A stretch of DNA of 64,000 bases, taken from assembly GCA_963665125.2 (NCBI GenBank), contig CAXXUK010000001.1, positions 2,176,001-2,240,000 on the forward strand, in the 5' to 3' direction. Source of the DNA: an uncultured Desulfarculus sp. Lineage in GTDB: Bacteria > Desulfobacterota > Desulfarculia > Desulfarculales > Desulfarculaceae. The notes beneath the pieces are model-generated. The model ran no database searches and had not been told where the DNA came from. It saw nothing but the letters and a program-made list of their open reading frames with translations. The translations under genes and the position numbers were made by a program. Below, piece by piece: positions 59,906-64,000 of the stretch (positions within the stretch are counted from its first letter, which is position 1; each line of letters starts with the position of its first letter).

Positions 59906-61924
59906 ATGCTTACAAAAGCCGGGCGGGCCGTCATCGCGGTCTGCCTGGCTTTACTCATATGGCCGCTGGCCGCTGGCGCCTCCAGACTTGATCAAGGCAC
60001 CAAGCGCGACGCGGTTATTCTTCTGGCCGGCGGCCCTGCCGGCCAAACCCAGTTGCATGCCCTGAAAACCGCCCTGAGCGTCGGCGGCTATGAAGTGGTG
60101 GTGCTTTCGCCCCAGGACTCCACGGGCGGCTTGGCCGGGATGTCCGACAGCATCAAGAAAACGGTCAAGGGCCTGCTGGACCGCGACGGCATCGGCGAGG
60201 TGGCCCTGGTGGCCCACGGCGCGGCCGCGTTCGCCGCCCTGGAGTATGTCCAAAGCCAAAAGCCGGAGCGGCTGAAGCATCTGGTGCTCATCGCCGCGCC
60301 CCTGGCCGGGCTGAGCCCGCCCCCCGGCGGCAGTGACTGCAAGGACGCCTGGCGGAAACGCATCCAAGCCTTCTACAGTCCGGAAAACCTCAAGCAGGCC
60401 GCGCCCGGCGGCAAGATGATCGGCACCGTGTCCAAGGGCCTGCCTTTGGACATCACGGCGGGCTCCATCTCCGGCCGCCTGAACCCGGAAGTGGCCGAGA
60501 CCATGACCGACCGGGCCGCCTGCGCCAAGGAACTGGCCGCCTTGCCCGGCGACGGGGTCACGGACAAATCATCCATTGCCGGGTTGCCGGGCTTCGGCCG
60601 GGACGACCGGGCCTACACCGCCCTGGGCGATCATCTCGGCCTGCCCGCCAACCGCGACTGCATCAAACAGGTCCTGCGCCTGTTGAAGCTGCCCACCACC
60701 GGCGGTTCGGCTTCGGTGGCCATAGTAGTGGACGGCTCGGGCTCGGTGCGCCGCCAAAAGGACAAGCAACTGCGCCGCCAGGCCGTGGTCATGCTCCTTG
60801 ACCGTCTCAGCGTTGGCGACCGCGTGGCCGTGGCCGGTTTCAACACCGGCGGCTACGCCGTACTGCCCCTGGAGCTGATCAAGTCCATCGACAGCGCCAA
60901 GGAGTTCGCCGAAAAGCTGTATCTGCCCTCGGCGGGCGACACCAACATCGGCGCCGGCCTGGAAAAGGCCCTGGAGTTACTGGCAAAGGCCCCCGATGGC
61001 TCGCGCAAGATCGCCGTGCTGATAACCGACGGCCGCAACGACCCGGAAAGCAACAACGGGCCGACCCTTGACACGGCCCGCCGTCTGGCCGCCCAGGGCT
61101 TGGAGATCCATGCCGTGGGCCTGACCACCGACGTTGACGAACTGTTCCTCAGCCGCCTGGCCAATCTCAGCGGCGGGGCCTATTACGCCGTCAACGGGAC
61201 CGATTCCCTGGCCGCGGTGTTCGACCGCCTCCAGGCCGAAATCAAGGGCAACAGCCTGCTGGTTTCGGCCACGGGCAAGGCCCCCGCCGAATACAAGTTT
61301 CCGGTGGATTCCACAATCAGCCGCATCGACATCATGCTTGCCGGTCCGGATGACAAACTGGGCCTGGAACTCATCGACGGCAAGGGCGACAAGGTTCAGG
61401 CCAAAAGCGCCGTCGGCAAGGGCCACGCCGTGTTCAGCGTGGACAACCCCGCGCCCGGTCTCTGGCAAGCCGAGATCACCGGCGGCGGTGAGCCTTTCGA
61501 GTTGCAGATCATGGCCGACAGCGGCCTGAGGGTCAAGCTGCAAGCCAAACAGGAACCCCTGGCCGGAACGCCCTGGCCGGTGACCATCGCCGTGAGCCAG
61601 GACGACGCGCCCCTGGCCAAATGCAAGGCAGAGGTCGGCGTCACCGGCCCCGGCGGCAAAACCGTCACCACCGAACTCAAGCCCCAGCAATCCGGCGGCT
61701 TTTCGGTGAGCATCAGCAGCGCCGGCGCTCTCAGCGGCCAGCTAAAGGGCCTTGACGACATCGGCGACCACCGGATCAAGGCCGTGGTCACAGGTAAAAA
61801 CAACCTTGGCGAGGACTTCCGCCGGGTATTGGTGCAAAACGTTCACGTGGCCGACAAGGCCGACATCAAAATATTAAAGCGTACGCTTCAAGGCAGATCG
61901 CTTCCCTGGAGAGGCAATCCATGA
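59906..61924 (+). CDS. Exported protein: degenerate alpha/beta-hydrolase domain, vWA domain and beta-sandwich tail
   Basis: Signal peptide, LVAHGAAA...LVLIAAPLAG...GDGV...H, and a complete MIDAS VDGSGS/GDTNI/ITDG. Confidence 0.8.
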   Translation: MLTKAGRAVIAVCLALLIWPLAAGASRLDQGTKRDAVILLAGGPAGQTQLHALKTALSVGGYEVVVLSPQDSTGGLAGMSDSIKKTVKGLLDRDGIGEVALVAHGAAAFAALEYVQSQKPERLKHLVLIAAPLAGLSPPPGGSDCKDAWRKRIQAFYSPENLKQAAPGGKMIGTVSKGLPLDITAGSISGRLNPEVAETMTDRAACAKELAALPGDGVTDKSSIAGLPGFGRDDRAYTALGDHLGLPANRDCIKQVLRLLKLPTTGGSASVAIVVDGSGSVRRQKDKQLRRQAVVMLLDRLSVGDRVAVAGFNTGGYAVLPLELIKSIDSAKEFAEKLYLPSAGDTNIGAGLEKALELLAKAPDGSRKIAVLITDGRNDPESNNGPTLDTARRLAAQGLEIHAVGLTTDVDELFLSRLANLSGGAYYAVNGTDSLAAVFDRLQAEIKGNSLLVSATGKAPAEYKFPVDSTISRIDIMLAGPDDKLGLELIDGKGDKVQAKSAVGKGHAVFSVDNPAPGLWQAEITGGGEPFELQIMADSGLRVKLQAKQEPLAGTPWPVTIAVSQDDAPLAKCKAEVGVTGPGGKTVTTELKPQQSGGFSVSISSAGALSGQLKGLDDIGDHRIKAVVTGKNNLGEDFRRVLVQNVHVADKADIKILKRTLQGRSLPWRGNP

Positions 61925-62646
61925 CATCAGCGGCATGGGGGGGCAGCAAACAAGGCCGTGGCCGGCAGCAGAACCAGGATGCCTGGGCCATGGATCAGGC
62001 TAGGGGCCTGTTCATACTCTGTGACGGCATGGGCGGCCATGCCGAGGGCGGCCGGGCGGCCCGGGAGGTCATCGCGGCCATGCTCGAGCCAGCCGAAGAC
62101 GCCGACCGCACCCGGGCCCAAACCCCGAGTCTGCGCCTGAAGCAGCGGGTGATCTCGGCCCATGCCGACCTCATTGCCCTGGCCTCCAAAATCGGCCACA
62201 AGGGAGACATGGGCTGCACCCTGGTCTACCTGGCCATCCGGGGCGGCGTTTATCTGCTGGCCAACGTGGGCGACAGCCGCTGCTGTCTGCTCAGGGGCGG
62301 CAAACTGATTCAACTAAGCGAAGACCACACCGTGGTGGCCGGATATGTGCGCGACGGCATCATCGAGCCCGAAGAGGCCGAGACCCACCCCCAGCGCAAC
62401 CTGCTGACCCAGGCCATGGGCATGAATTCCGTGGACCCGGATGTCTTCGAGGGCGCTGTTCAGCCCGGAGACCGTTTCCTGATTACCAGCGACGGCGTCC
62501 ACGGCGTGATAAAATCAAATGAGTTGGAAGCCATCCTGACCAAGGCCCCGGGGCCCAGGCGCTGCGGCGAGGCCATACTACAGCTCGTCCAGGACCGGCA
62601 GGGTGACGACGACGCCACAGTGGTATTGGTGTTTGTGGAGGAATAG
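61921..62646 (+). CDS. PP2C/PPM-family Ser/Thr protein phosphatase
   Basis: R..NQD, CDGMGGH, ANVGDSR, RNLLTQA, SDGV and DDAT. Confidence 0.95.
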   Translation: MTSAAWGGSKQGRGRQQNQDAWAMDQARGLFILCDGMGGHAEGGRAAREVIAAMLEPAEDADRTRAQTPSLRLKQRVISAHADLIALASKIGHKGDMGCTLVYLAIRGGVYLLANVGDSRCCLLRGGKLIQLSEDHTVVAGYVRDGIIEPEEAETHPQRNLLTQAMGMNSVDPDVFEGAVQPGDRFLITSDGVHGVIKSNELEAILTKAPGPRRCGEAILQLVQDRQGDDDATVVLVFVEE

Positions 62647-62657
62647 GCCAGGTGTCC

Positions 62658-64000
62658 ATGGACCTGATAGGCAAGCGCCTCGGTAAATACCGCCTTGAAC
62701 GCCTCATCGGCAAGGGCGGCATGGGCGAGGTCTACCTGGCCGAACACGAGATGCTCCAAAGCCGGGTCGCCGTCAAGGTCCTGCCCGCCGACCTGGCCCG
62801 CGACGAATCCATGGTCCAACGATTCCTGCGCGAAGCCCGCTCGGCGGCCCGCTTGCGCCATCCCCACATCATCCGCATCCACGACGTCGACCAGGACCAG
62901 GGCGTCAACTTCTTTTCCATGGATTATGTGGAAGGCCGCGCGCTGACCGAACTCATCGCCTCGTCCGGCGGCCTGCCCGAGGCCGAGATCATCCGCATCA
63001 GCGGCCAGGTGCTTTCGGCCTTGGCCGAGGCCCACCAGGCGGGCATCATCCACCGCGACATCAAACCGGACAACGTGATCATCGACAACCGGGGCGACGC
63101 CGTGGTCATGGACTTCGGCATAGCCAAGGCCGCCACGGGCACCAGGGTCACGGCGGTGGGTTCTTTCGTCGGCACGGTCCATTACGCCAGCCCGGAACAG
63201 GCCCGGGGCCGGGAGATCGACACCCGCAGCGACCTGTATTCCTGGGGCGTGGTCATGTACGAGATGGCCACCGGCCGCACGCCGTTCGGGGGCCAGGAGA
63301 CCTCGGCCGTTGTCTACCAGCACGTCCACGAGATCCCCGATCCGCCCCAGCAGGTCCGGCCCGATCTTTCGCCCGGACTGGGGGCGTTCATCCTCAAGCT
63401 TTTGGAAAAATCGCCGGACGAGCGCTTTCCGTCTGCCCAGGCGGCCCTGACAGCCCTGGAGCGCCTTGGCGGCGCCACCCGAGCCGGCGGCACCAGAAGC
63501 CACACCCGCATCGGCGGCGGCGAAGACGAACTGCGCACCGAGGCCCAGTCCCTGGTGGACGACGGGCTGTATGACGACGCGGCGTCGGTGATCACCGAAC
63601 TCATCGGCGTGGCCACCGACAAGCATGCCGCCCTGGAATGGCTGGAAGACGTCCAGGGCAGGGCCCAAAAGGCCCGTGAACTCGAAGAAGGCATGCAGCG
63701 GGGCATGGGCCTGGAGGCTGGCGGCGAGATCGACCAGGCGGCCGAGCTTTACGAAGCCCTGCAACAGGAGCACGGCCAGACGCCGCAGATCGATCACGCC
63801 CTTGAGCGGATCAAGGCCGCCCGGCTGGCCAGAGAGGCCGGAGAGTTGGTCCGGGCCGGAGACCTGGATGCGGGCCGCGACAAATACCAGGCCGCCGTGG
63901 ACCTGCGGCCCACTGATCCGGGAATTAAAAAACAACTCGATGAAGTCCGCACCGCCCTCAGCCGGGCACAGCGGGCCCTGGCCCTGTTGGCCCAGGCCGA
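62658..64000 (+). CDS. Hanks-type Ser/Thr protein kinase with C-terminal TPR-like helices (3'-truncated; absent from the ORF track)
   Basis: Manual translation from ATG 62658 gives IGKGGMGEVY, VAVKVL, HRDIKPDN, DFGIAK, GTVHYASPEQ and SDLYSWG; no stop before the window end. Confidence 0.95.
   Translation, partial: MDLIGKRLGKYRLERLIGKGGMGEVYLAEHEMLQSRVAVKVLPADLARDESMVQRFLREARSAARLRHPHIIRIHDVDQDQGVNFFSMDYVEGRALTELIASSGGLPEAEIIRISGQVLSALAEAHQAGIIHRDIKPDNVIIDNRGDAVVMDFGIAKAATGTRVTAVGSFVGTVHYASPEQARGREIDTRSDLYSWGVVMYEMATGRTPFGGQETSAVVYQHVHEIPDPPQQVRPDLSPGLGAFILKLLEKSPDERFPSAQAALTALERLGGATRAGGTRSHTRIGGGEDELRTEAQSLVDDGLYDDAASVITELIGVATDKHAALEWLEDVQGRAQKARELEEGMQRGMGLEAGGEIDQAAELYEALQQEHGQTPQIDHALERIKAARLAREAGELVRAGDLDAGRDKYQAAVDLRPTDPGIKKQLDEVRTALSRAQRALALLAQA

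Noticed and set aside
62460..63935. 491-aa minus-strand ORF in the track
   Set aside because: Antisense to the real Ser/Thr kinase (62658 to beyond 64000), which the track omits because it has no stop in the window.
57758..64000. Type VI secretion system or canonical TerY-P defence triad
   Set aside because: No T6SS structural genes in the window. The vWA protein is exported and multi-domain, unlike cytoplasmic TerY.

Overview
GC-rich bacterial chromosome segment whose gene content suggests a Desulfobacterota/deltaproteobacterial host (inference). (1) 1-20.5 kb is a nitrogen-assimilation cluster: nadE, a GATase, gltBD, a NifA-type sigma54 activator, porin-amtB-PII, sulP and glnA. It has two clear sigma54 promoters and a shared CMTAC-N6-GTAKG palindrome upstream of both. 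(2) Inside that cluster, at 12.8-16.3 kb, an AT-rich P-loop ATPase plus restriction-endonuclease-fold gene is bracketed by duplicated host sequence in an A-X-B-A'-Y-B' arrangement. (3) 20.5-49.5 kb is housekeeping and acyl-CoA metabolism: trmI, cinA-thpR-recA-alaS, trxA-trxB-bamD, radA, dprA-topA, hemW, lolA, and CoA ligase, hydratases and transferase. (4) 49.6-64 kb is the most novel-looking locus, made of two divergent operons. One encodes three signal-peptide proteins: a 1317-aa protein with a nucleotidyltransferase-like motif and a hydrophobic hairpin, a 1168-aa Ig-repeat protein ending in an incomplete vWA domain, and a small protein that appears to supply the missing vWA C-terminal part. 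The other encodes an FHA-FHA-TM-beta-propeller receptor-like protein, a secreted pseudo-hydrolase/vWA protein, a PP2C phosphatase and a Ser/Thr kinase with TPR-like helices that runs off the window. No rRNA, tRNA, CRISPR array, transposase or integrase was recognised. All calls come from reading motifs by eye; no database search was run.
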